This document shows positions 1-9,826 of a stretch of DNA of 64,000 bases, one piece after another; positions within the stretch are counted from its first letter, which is position 1, and every line of letters starts with the position of its first letter. Source of the DNA: Candidatus Poribacteria bacterium (GTDB lineage Bacteria > Poribacteria > WGA-4E > B28-G17); assembly GCA_021162805.1 (NCBI GenBank), contig JAGGXZ010000003.1, positions 8,372-72,371 on the forward strand, given 5' to 3'. The notes below the pieces were generated by a model, which worked only from the letters and a program-made list of their open reading frames with translations, was not told the origin of the DNA and did no database searches. The position numbers were made by a program, and so were the translations under genes.

Positions 1-846
1 AACGGCCATGAGCTTTACGGCCACGTCCACGTCGCCCTTGACATCCTCAGGTGGGGATTCGTAGATCGATTTCAGATATCCCACCAACTTCCTCCTCAGA
101 TCGTATGTTGACGATCTGGAGTAGAGCTCCGTTCTCTCTATGAATCCTCTGATCTCCTCGGGGATCATGCCGGATATATCCCCTCCGGCGGCCACCTTCT
201 CCCTGACGAGTGTAGATGAGAGATGGGCGAGTCGCTCCGGAATCTCCATTGCCAGAACCTTATCGGAGAACTTCGATCTGGAGGGATGTCTCATAAATCG
301 GAGCACGTCATCGATCGTTTTATCCCCCCTGGTGAAGACGATGAGCCGCGCTTTATCGAAAAGCTCCCCTATCTCTCCTTCGGGGTTTTCGTAATATTTG
401 GGGTCGAATATCCTGACGAGGGTGTCGTATCCGACTATGAAGAAAGGAAAGACGTGCGGAAAGCTCGATCTTATCGCGCGGGCCTTATCCACGAATCTCC
501 CGTGGCTGGATATGCCGACCCAGAACCTATCGTACATCCTGGCGACGAGGTGGAGCATCAGGAGTCTGTCGGTCAGAGTCGCTCCGAAGAGCCTTTTATC
601 GACGTTGACCTTCGTCAACAACAGCAGTATCCCTCCCAGTTGGATCTCCTCTCTGGTTTTAAGGGCCATCTCCAGATGGGCGTTAGTTATGGGATTGAAG
701 GAGGCGGAAAGCACGCCTAACCTTTCGGGGAGGGTCTCATGGGGGGCATACGTTATCTCGATCCTCGGCTGGCCGGAGGGATCGAGCTCGTCTACGAGCC
801 TATCGAGCCTTAATATCTCATCTATACGATCGACCTGCTCGCTCAT
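1..846 (-). CDS. cytidylyltransferase-fold nucleotide adenylyltransferase (NadD/NMNAT-like); the 3' end of the gene runs off the left edge
   Basis: Absent from the ORF track because there is no stop in the window. My translation from the ATG at 846 reads MSEQVDRIDEILRLDRLV...GVLSASFNPITNAHLEM...HLSSTLVREKV. SFNPxTxAH matches the (H/T)xGH-type motif and SSTxxR matches ISSTxxR. The frame stays open to position 1. Confidence 0.6.
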   Translation of the reverse strand, partial: MSEQVDRIDEILRLDRLVDELDPSGQPRIEITYAPHETLPERLGVLSASFNPITNAHLEMALKTREEIQLGGILLLLTKVNVDKRLFGATLTDRLLMLHLVARMYDRFWVGISSHGRFVDKARAIRSSFPHVFPFFIVGYDTLVRIFDPKYYENPEGEIGELFDKARLIVFTRGDKTIDDVLRFMRHPSRSKFSDKVLAMEIPERLAHLSSTLVREKVAAGGDISGMIPEEIRGFIERTELYSRSSTYDLRRKLVGYLKSIYESPPEDVKGDVDVAVKLMAV

Positions 847-850
847 TACT

Positions 851-1135
851 CTAGTATACCTCATCGTGCGAACCAATATCGATCAGAATGATCATTTCCT
901 TACCGGAATCAGGATCAGATTCAAAGGTGAAGACTATTCGACAGTCATATTCCACCCAGCAAGCCCATAAACCTTCCAACTGTCCGCGCAATTTATGGGT
1001 TCTTAAGGCTGGAATGAAGGGATCTTCCACTAACAGTTCCAAGACCTCAAAAATTCGATCTTTTAACCGGGGATTTCCCCTTATACATCGTTTAAAAGCC
1101 CGGCGGAAACTTGTATGCCATACAAGGGTTTTCAT
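851..1135 (-). CDS. type II toxin, RelE/StbE/YafQ-like mRNA interferase
   Basis: 94 aa. '...HKLRGQLEGLWACWVEYDCRIVFTF...IILIDIGSHDEVY' is the typical RelE-family C-terminal pattern. It overlaps the upstream small gene by 4 nt (ATGA). Confidence 0.8.
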   Translation of the reverse strand: MKTLVWHTSFRRAFKRCIRGNPRLKDRIFEVLELLVEDPFIPALRTHKLRGQLEGLWACWVEYDCRIVFTFESDPDSGKEMIILIDIGSHDEVY

Positions 1136-1365
1136 TCTTCTCTCAACAGATCATCCTTAAGATCCTCAATTGTTCCTCGGCATGCCTTACCCTCGCGCAG
1201 AGCTCTCAGGGTTTCTTCAGCATTATGAGCTATCTCCGCACGTCGTCGCTCTATCAATCTTCGCTTGATAAGCTCCACCAGAATCTCTTGATCTTCCGGT
1301 GGAAGCATCTCCACATATTCGATGACCTGTTGAAACGATAATCCCCCTCTGCTATTCATTTCCAA
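1132..1365 (-). CDS. putative antitoxin partner of the RelE-like toxin
   Basis: 77 aa, charged and helical. It lies immediately upstream of the toxin with a 4-nt overlap, the classic antitoxin-first type II arrangement. Confidence 0.6.
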   Translation of the reverse strand: MEMNSRGGLSFQQVIEYVEMLPPEDQEILVELIKRRLIERRRAEIAHNAEETLRALREGKACRGTIEDLKDDLLREE

Positions 1366-2212
1366 CCTCCGGTTGTCCCGTGATCACCTCGCCGGGGGAT
1401 CTCCATACGGCGTAGGAGAAGCCCTCCTTTGTGGCTGCCGCGCCGAAGGAGCCGTCTTTGGACAGGGCGATGAAAGCAGCCATGATCTCTTTATCTTCGG
1501 GCTTTTTACCTAAGATACGTCTGACGGCATATTCGCAGGCCTCCTGTGGCGAAAATCCGTCGCGCATCTTCTCGACGATCAGGAAGCTGCCGCAGAACTT
1601 CATGATCTCCTCGCCCACCCCCGTCGCCGCCGCTGCGCCGATATCGTTATCCACGTAGACGCCCGCACCGATTATGGGCGAATCTCCAACACGACCGGGG
1701 AGTTTATACGCAAGGCCGCTCGTGGAACACCCCACCGTTAGATCCCCGTTGGAGTCGAGGGCGATGAGGCTGACGGTGTCATGCGATTCGACCTCCTCGT
1801 TGGATTTCCTCCATTCCAGCCACCTCCTCCTGCTCTCTTCCGTCAGCAGTTCCATCTTTTGAAAACCACATTGTAGGGCGAACTTAAAGGCGCCCTCCCC
1901 CACAAGCATGACATGCCTGGTCAGCTCCATCACCTTTCGGGCGACCGAGATCGGGTTCTTTATGTATCTCAATCCGGCGACGCTCCCGGCGTTGTGGGTG
2001 GGGCCGTGCATGATGGCGGCGTCAAGCTCGACGTATCCACTGCTGTTCGGCAGTCCGCCGTAGCCGACGGAGGTGACCTGAGGGTCGTCCTCCACAACCT
2101 TAATCCCCTCCTCAACGGCATCCAGGGAGCTGACGCCTTCTCTCAGAAGCTCACCGGCTTTCAGGACGGCCTGTTTTCCGAACCACCAGGTGGATATCGC
2201 TATTGGTTTCAT
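1352..2212 (-). CDS. Ntn-hydrolase, asparaginase-2 family (isoaspartyl peptidase / glycosylasparaginase-like)
   Basis: 286 aa with 'HDTVSLIALD' (autoprocessing Thr context), 'GRVGDSPIIGAGVYVD' and 'GAAAATGVGEEIM'. A GAGGA ribosome-binding site (RBS) lies 4-5 nt before the ATG. Confidence 0.8.
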   Translation of the reverse strand: MKPIAISTWWFGKQAVLKAGELLREGVSSLDAVEEGIKVVEDDPQVTSVGYGGLPNSSGYVELDAAIMHGPTHNAGSVAGLRYIKNPISVARKVMELTRHVMLVGEGAFKFALQCGFQKMELLTEESRRRWLEWRKSNEEVESHDTVSLIALDSNGDLTVGCSTSGLAYKLPGRVGDSPIIGAGVYVDNDIGAAAATGVGEEIMKFCGSFLIVEKMRDGFSPQEACEYAVRRILGKKPEDKEIMAAFIALSKDGSFGAAATKEGFSYAVWRSPGEVITGQPEVGNE

Positions 2213-2371
2213 CTATCCTCGGTTTATACGCTGGGCTATTTGTATCGCGCCTATTCAGACCAGGGATGATCCCAGCAGGCGCTATTTCCCCGGCCATAAA
2301 TTCATTATCCTCTCCCTCCCAGATCAGCCAGCACAGCTTGCAGAAGCGAATCTCCTCTAAGGTTTTCATCT

Positions 2372-3229
2372 TTAACTTGTCCCTCGGCTACGCCCCGGTT
2401 TCCTGTCCTCGGGGACCAAAAGATAGGGGATACCGTTTTTAATCGGATAGGCTATATCACATCTGTGACAGATTATCTCATTTCTCCTCCATTCCACCTT
2501 CCCCTTGCAGAGGGGACAGACGACTATATCCTTAAGCGTTTTGGCAGGCGGCTTACGTCGCCTTGCCAGGAAGGATTTGATCTTGACCTTCCATCTCTGA
2601 GGCATCGAGTTTTTGATGTAAGAGATGAAGAAGTCGAAGAGCGATTCCTCCGGCGCGTTCATCAGCAGCTCCTCCACCGCCTGAGCCGACTCCAGTTGGA
2701 GCGGCGACGGGTCGGGCGGCAGGATGGTGTAGTTTATCCTCCCCTCCCACTCATACCGCACGAGGAAGAGGTGGTGGTACCTCTGATGGAATCTGGCGAA
2801 GTCCTTATCGTGAGCTGCAAGGCAGTGGAAAAGCTGGCCGAACTGGTTTCCCCCCACCTTTTTCTGTATCACCAGCTTCCCGTTTATCAGGTTGACGATC
2901 CAATTATGGTACGGCCAGCCGTAAAGCCTCTCTGCGATCTCAGAGGGCGTCTCGATATATCCCCTGTAGCTAACCCTCATGAGCTCCTTAAGCAGCAGTT
3001 CGGGATCTTCAACGTGTTCCAGGACGTGTGAGCAGATGGTGTAGTCGAATGATTTATCCGCGAAGGGAAGATACTGTCCGTCTGCGGCGACGAGCATCCT
3101 ATCGGCCACGATCGGTCCGCCGCGCTGCGTGTCATCCTCGATGAACTTATCGCATAACACATCCGATCTGATTTTTGGATCGTGGCCGCTGCCTATCTCC
3201 AGAACGAAATCGTCAGGTCTGATGTTCAT
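2372..3229 (-). CDS. class I SAM-dependent methyltransferase with a C-terminal Trm112-like zinc ribbon
   Basis: 'VLEIGSGHD' (motif I) and 'FDYTICSHVLEHV'. The C-terminus 'VVCPLCKGKVEW...ICHRCDIAYPIKNGIPYLL' is a CxxC...CxxC Trm112-type ribbon. Confidence 0.75.
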   Translation of the reverse strand: MNIRPDDFVLEIGSGHDPKIRSDVLCDKFIEDDTQRGGPIVADRMLVAADGQYLPFADKSFDYTICSHVLEHVEDPELLLKELMRVSYRGYIETPSEIAERLYGWPYHNWIVNLINGKLVIQKKVGGNQFGQLFHCLAAHDKDFARFHQRYHHLFLVRYEWEGRINYTILPPDPSPLQLESAQAVEELLMNAPEESLFDFFISYIKNSMPQRWKVKIKSFLARRRKPPAKTLKDIVVCPLCKGKVEWRRNEIICHRCDIAYPIKNGIPYLLVPEDRKPGRSRGTS

Positions 3230-4029
3230 ACTCTATCGCCTGCCTTGTGCGGTTTTTTGAAAACCATGCTGATATAAAGCCCCATACGAGGCATGATTCG
3301 AGCCATGATCTTCCCCTTAATTCCCACTCCCACGCATAACCTTTCGATCCTGAATCCCCTGAGCTTGAAATATCTCTCGAGGTCTATCGGCGAGGCGAGA
3401 TAGGAGCTATCGGAATCGCCTCCTATGACCTTATCGTCGAGATCCGGCTCGCGATATATAAAGCGAGGTCTTGCCGATAGCCTCTTTCCGATGGAGATGA
3501 GGAAGTTCTTCAGGCATAACTTTAGCCCCTCGCCTATCGATCCGGCCCAGACGATCTCATCATGTCGTCCTAAAGCCTTTTTGATCAGATCCATCAGCGG
3601 AAGTATAGGCGAACAGAGATTGGGACCGACGATCACGATTCTGCCCCCCGGTTTAACCACCCTCATCATCTCATCCAATCCCATCTTGACGTCCGGCAGG
3701 TGCTCGATCAGCTCGTTTGAACAGACGAGATCAAAGCTCTCATCCTTGAAAGGCAGCTCTAGGGCATCGCAGGCGATATATGAGAGATCGGGTCCGATCC
3801 ATCTTGAGCTCTCCGCCAGGAAGAAGGGTGAGAGATCCGTCCCCACCACCCTATACCCTTTACGGGCCAACATCATAGATGAAAGCCCGTTGCCACAGCC
3901 CAGCTCCAGTATGAGCTCTCCTGGATCGGCGAAGGCCGAGACCAGATCGACATACGGCCTGAGATACCCCTCATCATGCCTGCGCAGGAATCCCAGATAC
4001 ACTTCGGAGGTCAGATAGAACCTCCGCAT
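3226..4029 (-). CDS. class I SAM-dependent methyltransferase (type 11-like)
   Basis: 'ILELGCGNGLSS', 'VVGTDLS', 'FDLVCSNELIEHL', 'LKPGGRIVIVGPN'. The track ORF extends to 4122, but that would overlap the upstream gene, so I use the ATG at 4029 (MRRFYL...). It overlaps the next methyltransferase by 4 nt. Confidence 0.75.
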   Translation of the reverse strand: MRRFYLTSEVYLGFLRRHDEGYLRPYVDLVSAFADPGELILELGCGNGLSSMMLARKGYRVVGTDLSPFFLAESSRWIGPDLSYIACDALELPFKDESFDLVCSNELIEHLPDVKMGLDEMMRVVKPGGRIVIVGPNLCSPILPLMDLIKKALGRHDEIVWAGSIGEGLKLCLKNFLISIGKRLSARPRFIYREPDLDDKVIGGDSDSSYLASPIDLERYFKLRGFRIERLCVGVGIKGKIMARIMPRMGLYISMVFKKPHKAGDRV

Positions 4030-4075
4030 TTTGTCTCTTATCTCTTCTCCCTTCACGTTAGAAATTATACTACAT

Positions 4076-4714
4076 CTATCTCGATGAATCCAAGGGTTTG
4101 AATTCGGTCGGTATGAGCACACCGGCCGAGATTATCAGCTTCAGTCCCTCCTCGACGCTCATCTCCAGAGGGACAACCTGATCTTCAGGAACGATCAGGA
4201 GAAAGCCTGAGGTGGGGTTTGGAGTGGTGGGGATGAAAACGTGTATGACGTTTCGATCGAGCGTCCTTGCTATCTCCCCCTTTCCAAATGAGGTGACGAA
4301 GCCTATCGAATATATCCCCGCTCTGGGATACTCCAGTAGAACCACCTGTTTAAATATGCTCTTCCTATCCCCCGACCTGATAAACGCATCGGCTATCTGT
4401 CTGACCGTGATATAGATCTTGCTCAAAAGCGGTATCCTGGATATGATCTTTTCCCAGTATCCGGCGACCTTTCTGCCGATGAAGTTGGTGGTGGCCAGGC
4501 CCACGAGGATGATGAAGCCCGTCGCGATGATCAGACCCAAACCGGGTATTTTGCTTATGGGCCTGAGCCACGGTATCTCCGAGAACCTCGCCAGCACGAA
4601 CTCATCTATCGGTGCGACTAGCTTAAAGACGAGCAGAACCACGACTATGGTCGGAAGCAGGGCGAGCAGGCCGGCGAGGAAGTATCTTCTGAGTTTAATT
4701 ATCGCCCTCTTCAT
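4076..4714 (-). CDS. DUF502-family membrane protein
   Basis: Two N-terminal TM helices plus 'RIPLLSKIY', 'GFVT' and 'FIPTTPNPTSGFLLIVP', which I recognise as the DUF502 signature. Confidence 0.85.
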   Translation of the reverse strand: MKRAIIKLRRYFLAGLLALLPTIVVVLLVFKLVAPIDEFVLARFSEIPWLRPISKIPGLGLIIATGFIILVGLATTNFIGRKVAGYWEKIISRIPLLSKIYITVRQIADAFIRSGDRKSIFKQVVLLEYPRAGIYSIGFVTSFGKGEIARTLDRNVIHVFIPTTPNPTSGFLLIVPEDQVVPLEMSVEEGLKLIISAGVLIPTEFKPLDSSR

Positions 4715-5978
4715 CTGATTTCCTCGGAACCTCTATCCTGACCTTTATCGCCTTTCTCTCATCGGCCTCCAGCACTGTGAATTTGACCCCCCCGTATTCG
4801 ACCTCATCCCCCGGGTCAGGTACCCTACCTAGGAGTTCGGCGAGCAGTCCGCCAATGCTTTCAACCTCATCGGCTGGCATCTCTATACCGAGCTTCTCGT
4901 TCACCTCATGTAGATCGATCCTGGCGTCGACGATGTAAGTGTTCTCATCCAGCTTCTGAAAGCTCTGATCCTCGAGATCATATTCGTCCTGTATATCGCC
5001 GACGATCTCCTCCAGGATATCCTCCATCGTCACCAGCCCCGCCGTCCCGCCGTATTCGTCGACCACGATCGCTATATGCCGTCTCGAGAGCCTCAACTCC
5101 CTGAAGAGATCCTTGACGTTCTTCACCTCGGGCACGAAGAAGGGTTCCCTGATGATCTCCGCCAGATTCACCTGAGAGATCCCGTCTCTCCAGCATCTGA
5201 GCAGGTCTTTCACGTATAGGACGCCTATGATGTTGTCAATGGTGTCCTCGTAGACGGGTATTCTGGAATGTCCCGACTCCACCGCGACGTCCAGGACCTT
5301 TTGGATATCGGACTCGACGTTCAGACAGACCATCTCCGTTCTGGGGACCATGATCTCACGCACGAGCGTATCGGGCAGCTCCCAGATCCTGTGTATCATC
5401 TCCCGTTCTTCCTCTTCCAACACCTCATCGCTATCGGCCACCATCTGCAGCGCTTCCAGATCCTCCTCCGAGACCATTCCGTTTTCACCGTCCGGAGTTC
5501 CTCCAAAGGCCCTGATGACTATGTTCCCTCCCCAGAGGAGGGGCTTGATGAGGGGATAGAGGAGCATATAGGTGTATTTCAGCGTTGATATCGCGTGCAC
5601 GACCGAAGTGGGGCCTCTGTTCTTCGAGTAGTTATAGGGGATAATTTCGCCCAGTAGAACGATCAGGGTCGAAGCTATGGCGAAACTGATCAGATTGCCG
5701 TAGATCGGCGAGGCGACTATGGGCCGGAAGAGCATGAAGCAGAGGATTGTGCTCACGACAAGGCAACACCCTTTGATGATAAACGCCGCTCCGAGGTATT
5801 TCCTCGGGTTTCGGAGGTAATCCGTCACCCTGTCGGCGTCCGATCCTCCTTTATCGACGATCTCCTTCACCTCCTCGCGCCTCAGTCGGTTGAGCAGCAT
5901 CTCCATGCTCGAGAAAACCGCCGAGGCGATGGAGGAGAGAAACAGACCGAAAAGCTTTAAAAAAGAGGATGCGTCCAA
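4695..5978 (-). CDS. hemolysin-family protein, DUF21 + CBS pair + CorC_HlyC domain
   Basis: 427 aa with an N-terminal 4-TM DUF21, 'REIMVPRTEMVCL' and 'HSRIPVY' (CBS), and a CorC-type C-terminus. TTG start preceded by AAGGAG. Confidence 0.85.
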   Translation of the reverse strand: MDASSFLKLFGLFLSSIASAVFSSMEMLLNRLRREEVKEIVDKGGSDADRVTDYLRNPRKYLGAAFIIKGCCLVVSTILCFMLFRPIVASPIYGNLISFAIASTLIVLLGEIIPYNYSKNRGPTSVVHAISTLKYTYMLLYPLIKPLLWGGNIVIRAFGGTPDGENGMVSEEDLEALQMVADSDEVLEEEEREMIHRIWELPDTLVREIMVPRTEMVCLNVESDIQKVLDVAVESGHSRIPVYEDTIDNIIGVLYVKDLLRCWRDGISQVNLAEIIREPFFVPEVKNVKDLFRELRLSRRHIAIVVDEYGGTAGLVTMEDILEEIVGDIQDEYDLEDQSFQKLDENTYIVDARIDLHEVNEKLGIEMPADEVESIGGLLAELLGRVPDPGDEVEYGGVKFTVLEADERKAIKVRIEVPRKSDEEGDN

Positions 5979-5987
5979 AGCTTCTCC

Positions 5988-6449
5988 TTACCTCCTTTCC
6001 AGTTTCATGAGGGCCTCGGCCTCCTTCTTTCTCATCATAGCCGAGCTTTCCTCGTCTTGATCGTCATATCCCAATAGATGTAACACACCGTGAACGATCA
6101 GGAGGGCGATTTCCTCGTGGAGGGTATTGTTATACTCCTGAGCCTGTCTCACGGCGGTGTCCACGGAGATCACCACATCCCCCCATATCTTCTCTCCTCC
6201 GCCCGATCGAACCTCTTCGCCCTCCATCATCGAGAAGGCCAGCACATCGGTAGGCCGATCGGCGTTGAGATAGGTTTTATTGAGCCTTTTAATCTCCTCA
6301 TCATCCGTTACCAACACACTGACAATTCCGTCCTCACCTTCCATCTCCAGGGTGGTTAGGGCGGCCCTTCGTATCAGATCCTTGATCTTCTCGCTGTCAT
6401 CGATCTTGCCCTTAGCTTCTTCGGAGAAGATGATCTCAATCTCAGCCAT
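5988..6449 (-). CDS. ybeY: rRNA maturation endoribonuclease YbeY
   Basis: 153 aa with the 'HGVLHLLGYDD' zinc-binding motif. It sits in the conserved phoH-HD-ybeY context. Confidence 0.9.
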   Translation of the reverse strand: MAEIEIIFSEEAKGKIDDSEKIKDLIRRAALTTLEMEGEDGIVSVLVTDDEEIKRLNKTYLNADRPTDVLAFSMMEGEEVRSGGGEKIWGDVVISVDTAVRQAQEYNNTLHEEIALLIVHGVLHLLGYDDQDEESSAMMRKKEAEALMKLERR

Positions 6450-8781
6450 CCGATTTCCTTCGTCTTCTAGCCGAATCGATCGGTATCACCTCATCCTCCC
6501 TCACCTCAAGCTGAGGGTACTCTATCCTCTGGTGGAACATGCCGACGGTAGCTTTGATGAAAGTATCGGATATGTCCTTTATATCCTTGAGTGTGAGGTT
6601 GCTCTCGTCGAGCTGGTCGTCCTCGACCTTCTGGGCTATTACGTTCTGGACGAGCTCTCTGATCTCATTATAGCTGGGATTTCCCTTGGTGAAGGTGGAT
6701 CTAACGGCCGATTCGACCGAATCGGCGAGCATGATAAGGGCGGCCTCTTTCGTCTGGGGTTTAGGCCCCGGATACCTGTAGTCCTCCTCGTTGACGCTCT
6801 TTTCGCCTTTGAGCGCCTTATGGTAGAAATAGGTTATCAGTGAGGTGCCGTGATGTTGTTGGATGATGTTCTGAACGATCTTGGGTAGTTTCTCCTGTTT
6901 GGCTATCTCGACGCCATCTTTAACGTGTGAGATGATGATCCTGGCGCTCATAGCGGGGCCGATTCTATCATGTATGTTCTCTCCGTTCTGGTTCTCTATG
7001 AAGTAGAGCGGATGTCTCATCTTTCCGATATCGTGGTAATAGGCACCGACCCTGACGAGCAATGGATTAGCCCCTATCTCCTCTGCAGCCGCCTCGGCCA
7101 GCTTTGCCACGTTGATGCTGTGATAATATGTGCCCTGAGCAACCCTCTCGAGCTCGGCGAGGATAGGGTTTTTCAGATCCGAGAGCTCCAGCAGCTTTAT
7201 CTCCGTAGTGGTTTGGGCGATATATTCGAAGAAGGGAAGCAATCCCGGTGTGAGGAAGGCCACAGTGAGCCCGCTGGCCATCCCTGAGAGAAGGTTAACG
7301 ATCATCACGTTCAACCCTTCGCTCTGCAATAGCGAAAGGCTCAGGGCGAGGGCGATATTGGCGATCGATACGTAAAAACCGGCCACTATGAGCTCACGCC
7401 GATGCCTCAGCTTTGACAGAGCATATATGGCGACCATCCCTCCGATGAAAACCATGGCGAAATATCCGATCGCTATCTCCAGCGTTTTGCCGCACATCAC
7501 GCTTAAGAGCACGCCTATCATCACGGTAACCAGCATGGCCAGGTGCGGACTGACCAAGACGGCGGTAATGGCGGATGTTATGGCGGTCGGAACCAGCAGC
7601 TCAGGCATGGGCAGGGAATTGGAGCCGTACCTGATTATCAACCTGCCGATACCCATTATCAGGAGGACGGAAAGACATATCGTCATAAGTTTTCTATATT
7701 CATCCAGTATCTCCGGCTCGAATTTGAGGATATAATATACGATCGATAGGAGCAGGGCGACTACGAGGAGGGCAACGCCTACCATAAGCGTGAAAGAGAA
7801 ACCCCTCTGCGACTTGGAAAGCATAGTCAGTTTATCGAGATCCGATCTCGTCAGCTTTTCGCCTTTCGAGACGATCTGTTCGCCCTTGCTCACCTGCTTG
7901 TAGACGTCCTTGACGGCGGCAGCGGCCGCCTTACGCCTTTGAGCGGTTAATTTGGGATCGAAAGAGACGTTCGGCCTTATCAGGTTCCTGACGATCTCCC
8001 CCACCACGTCCTTGAAGGGATAATTCCCCAGCCTCTCGATCTCCCTTTGAACGGCTTCCACCGCTTCGGCCCATAGATATAGCTCCCCAGCTTTGATGAT
8101 GTTCCCATCCGGCTGGATCTCCACGGGCATCCTGGCGGCTATCTCCATATCGGACGGCTGTCGCTCCAGCTTAGAACGCAGCTCCGCCACCGTCTCCCTC
8201 CACCTTCTACTTCCTCCGAGCTCGGATTTCAGCCGTTGAGCAAATTGGCTTGGGACTATCCCACGATCGAGAATCTTCGACATTATGGAAGCAGCCCTGT
8301 CCCTTATCCCATCTATATCGTCATCGCTCGTATCGACCAGTATCTCTCTGGTTTTGAGGGAGAGATAATCCCCTATGATCAGGTCGTTGGCCATCCTTTC
8401 TATTTTATCCCTGCGCGGGATCTGAAGGGATCGAACCCGTTTTACGACCTCGAACATATGGTTGAGATCGTCTATCTGAGATTTCCTGTCTATGTCGAAG
8501 ACGGGCGGAGTTTCGGCTTCGATCTCGGCCTTTCGACGTCGGGTGGCTTCCGAATCGAGGTAGGAGAAGCTTATCGGGGATGTGATCGTATATGGGCTGG
8601 GTTCATTTAGCTTGAGCTGCCCTACGTCTATAGGTTGATACTTAAGAGGCATTGAAAGCCAAACGAGAGCTACGGCGAATATCAGCCCCGTAAGCCACCA
8701 GTGTAGCTTCAATCGCTGCCATAGCGGCGCCGTTTCCACGTCGCCGTTCGAGCTCCTTCTGCCGATCCCTCTCCTTCTCAT
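6442..8781 (-). CDS. 7TM-receptor / HD-domain phosphohydrolase (YqfF/PgpH-like)
   Basis: 779 aa with an extracellular N-domain, a 7-TM block and a C-terminal HD domain ('GAYYHDIGK', 'IIQQHHGTS'). It overlaps ybeY by 8 nt and phoH by 4 nt. Confidence 0.85.
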   Translation of the reverse strand: MRRRGIGRRSSNGDVETAPLWQRLKLHWWLTGLIFAVALVWLSMPLKYQPIDVGQLKLNEPSPYTITSPISFSYLDSEATRRRKAEIEAETPPVFDIDRKSQIDDLNHMFEVVKRVRSLQIPRRDKIERMANDLIIGDYLSLKTREILVDTSDDDIDGIRDRAASIMSKILDRGIVPSQFAQRLKSELGGSRRWRETVAELRSKLERQPSDMEIAARMPVEIQPDGNIIKAGELYLWAEAVEAVQREIERLGNYPFKDVVGEIVRNLIRPNVSFDPKLTAQRRKAAAAAVKDVYKQVSKGEQIVSKGEKLTRSDLDKLTMLSKSQRGFSFTLMVGVALLVVALLLSIVYYILKFEPEILDEYRKLMTICLSVLLIMGIGRLIIRYGSNSLPMPELLVPTAITSAITAVLVSPHLAMLVTVMIGVLLSVMCGKTLEIAIGYFAMVFIGGMVAIYALSKLRHRRELIVAGFYVSIANIALALSLSLLQSEGLNVMIVNLLSGMASGLTVAFLTPGLLPFFEYIAQTTTEIKLLELSDLKNPILAELERVAQGTYYHSINVAKLAEAAAEEIGANPLLVRVGAYYHDIGKMRHPLYFIENQNGENIHDRIGPAMSARIIISHVKDGVEIAKQEKLPKIVQNIIQQHHGTSLITYFYHKALKGEKSVNEEDYRYPGPKPQTKEAALIMLADSVESAVRSTFTKGNPSYNEIRELVQNVIAQKVEDDQLDESNLTLKDIKDISDTFIKATVGMFHQRIEYPQLEVREDEVIPIDSARRRRKSDG

Positions 8782-9821
8782 TCTGTTCCCTCCCTAGAGT
8801 AATCCCGGTTCTCATAAGCCTCTATGATTCTCTGCACCAGCTCGTGTCTCACCACATCCTCGCCGGTGAAGTAGACGAAAGCAACCCCATCGATTCCGGA
8901 AAGCACCTCTTGAACGTCCACCAGCCCGGAGACCTTCTTGGAGGGCAGGTCGATCTGCGTGATATCGCCTGTGACGACCGCCTTTGAGTCGAATCCGAGC
9001 CGCGTCAGGAACATCTTCATCTGTTCGACAGTGGCGTTTTGGGCTTCGTCGAGAATTATGAAGGAGCTGTTGAGCGTTCTACCTCTCATGAAGGCCAGCG
9101 GCGCGACCTCTATGATACCCTTCTCCATGTACTTGGCTATGGTGTCCGGCGGGAGCATGTCATAAAGGGCGTCATAAAGAGGCCTAAGATACGGGTTGAT
9201 CTTTGCCTGTATGTCGCCCGGGAGAAATCCGAGCTTCTCGCCAGCCTCAACGGCGGGCCTCGTCAGGATGATACGGCTCACGCGTCCGGATTTGAGCGAG
9301 GCGACCGCCATGGCGACCGCCAGGTAGGTCTTGCCCGTTCCTGCCGGCCCTATTCCGAATACCAGATCGTGGGTCTTTATCGCCTCCACATATCTCCGTT
9401 GCCCCGGCGTCTTCGGCCTTATAAACCCGCGCTTGGAGAGAACCGGGATGGTTTCTCCGACTTCGACGATCTTATCCTGACGTTTAACCATACGAATGAT
9501 ATATCTGACATCGTTTATACCTATGCTCTGACCGCTTCTAAGGAGGGCGAGAAGCTCCTCAATTACCTTGGCAGCTCCCTGAGTTTCCTCCTCACCTCCG
9601 ATTACCTCGAACCCCTCTCCTCTCAGAAGAACACTGGTGTTGAACTTATCCTCTATCAGCCTCAGATATTCATCATGCTGTCCCGAAACGGCCTGCGCTT
9701 CGGATATGCTCTGAACCGCCACCGTGAGGCTGTTTACCTTACCTGCTTTCCTTGAGATTCCTCCCATGATTTGAGATCTTCCCCTTTTCCTCCTCCTTAC
9801 ATAGCTCGTGTTTTCAAGCAT
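8778..9821 (-). CDS. phoH: PhoH-family ATPase
   Basis: Walker A 'GPAGTGKTYLAVA', Walker B 'FIILDEAQN', 'VVTGDITQIDLP'. The start is ambiguous: the ATG at 9821 coincides with the predicted transcription start site (TSS), and an alternative ATG at 9767 (MGGISRK) lies downstream of an AGGAGG-rich stretch. Confidence 0.9.
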   Translation of the reverse strand: MLENTSYVRRRKRGRSQIMGGISRKAGKVNSLTVAVQSISEAQAVSGQHDEYLRLIEDKFNTSVLLRGEGFEVIGGEEETQGAAKVIEELLALLRSGQSIGINDVRYIIRMVKRQDKIVEVGETIPVLSKRGFIRPKTPGQRRYVEAIKTHDLVFGIGPAGTGKTYLAVAMAVASLKSGRVSRIILTRPAVEAGEKLGFLPGDIQAKINPYLRPLYDALYDMLPPDTIAKYMEKGIIEVAPLAFMRGRTLNSSFIILDEAQNATVEQMKMFLTRLGFDSKAVVTGDITQIDLPSKKVSGLVDVQEVLSGIDGVAFVYFTGEDVVRHELVQRIIEAYENRDYSREGTE

Positions 9822-9826
9822 CCTTA

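Noticed and set aside
2151-2369. 72-aa ORF between the methyltransferase and asparaginase-family genes
   Set aside because: It has a plausible GAGGGA RBS, but its last 62 nt overlap the well-supported start of the asparaginase-family gene and I recognise no family. Left uncalled; it could be a real micro-gene.
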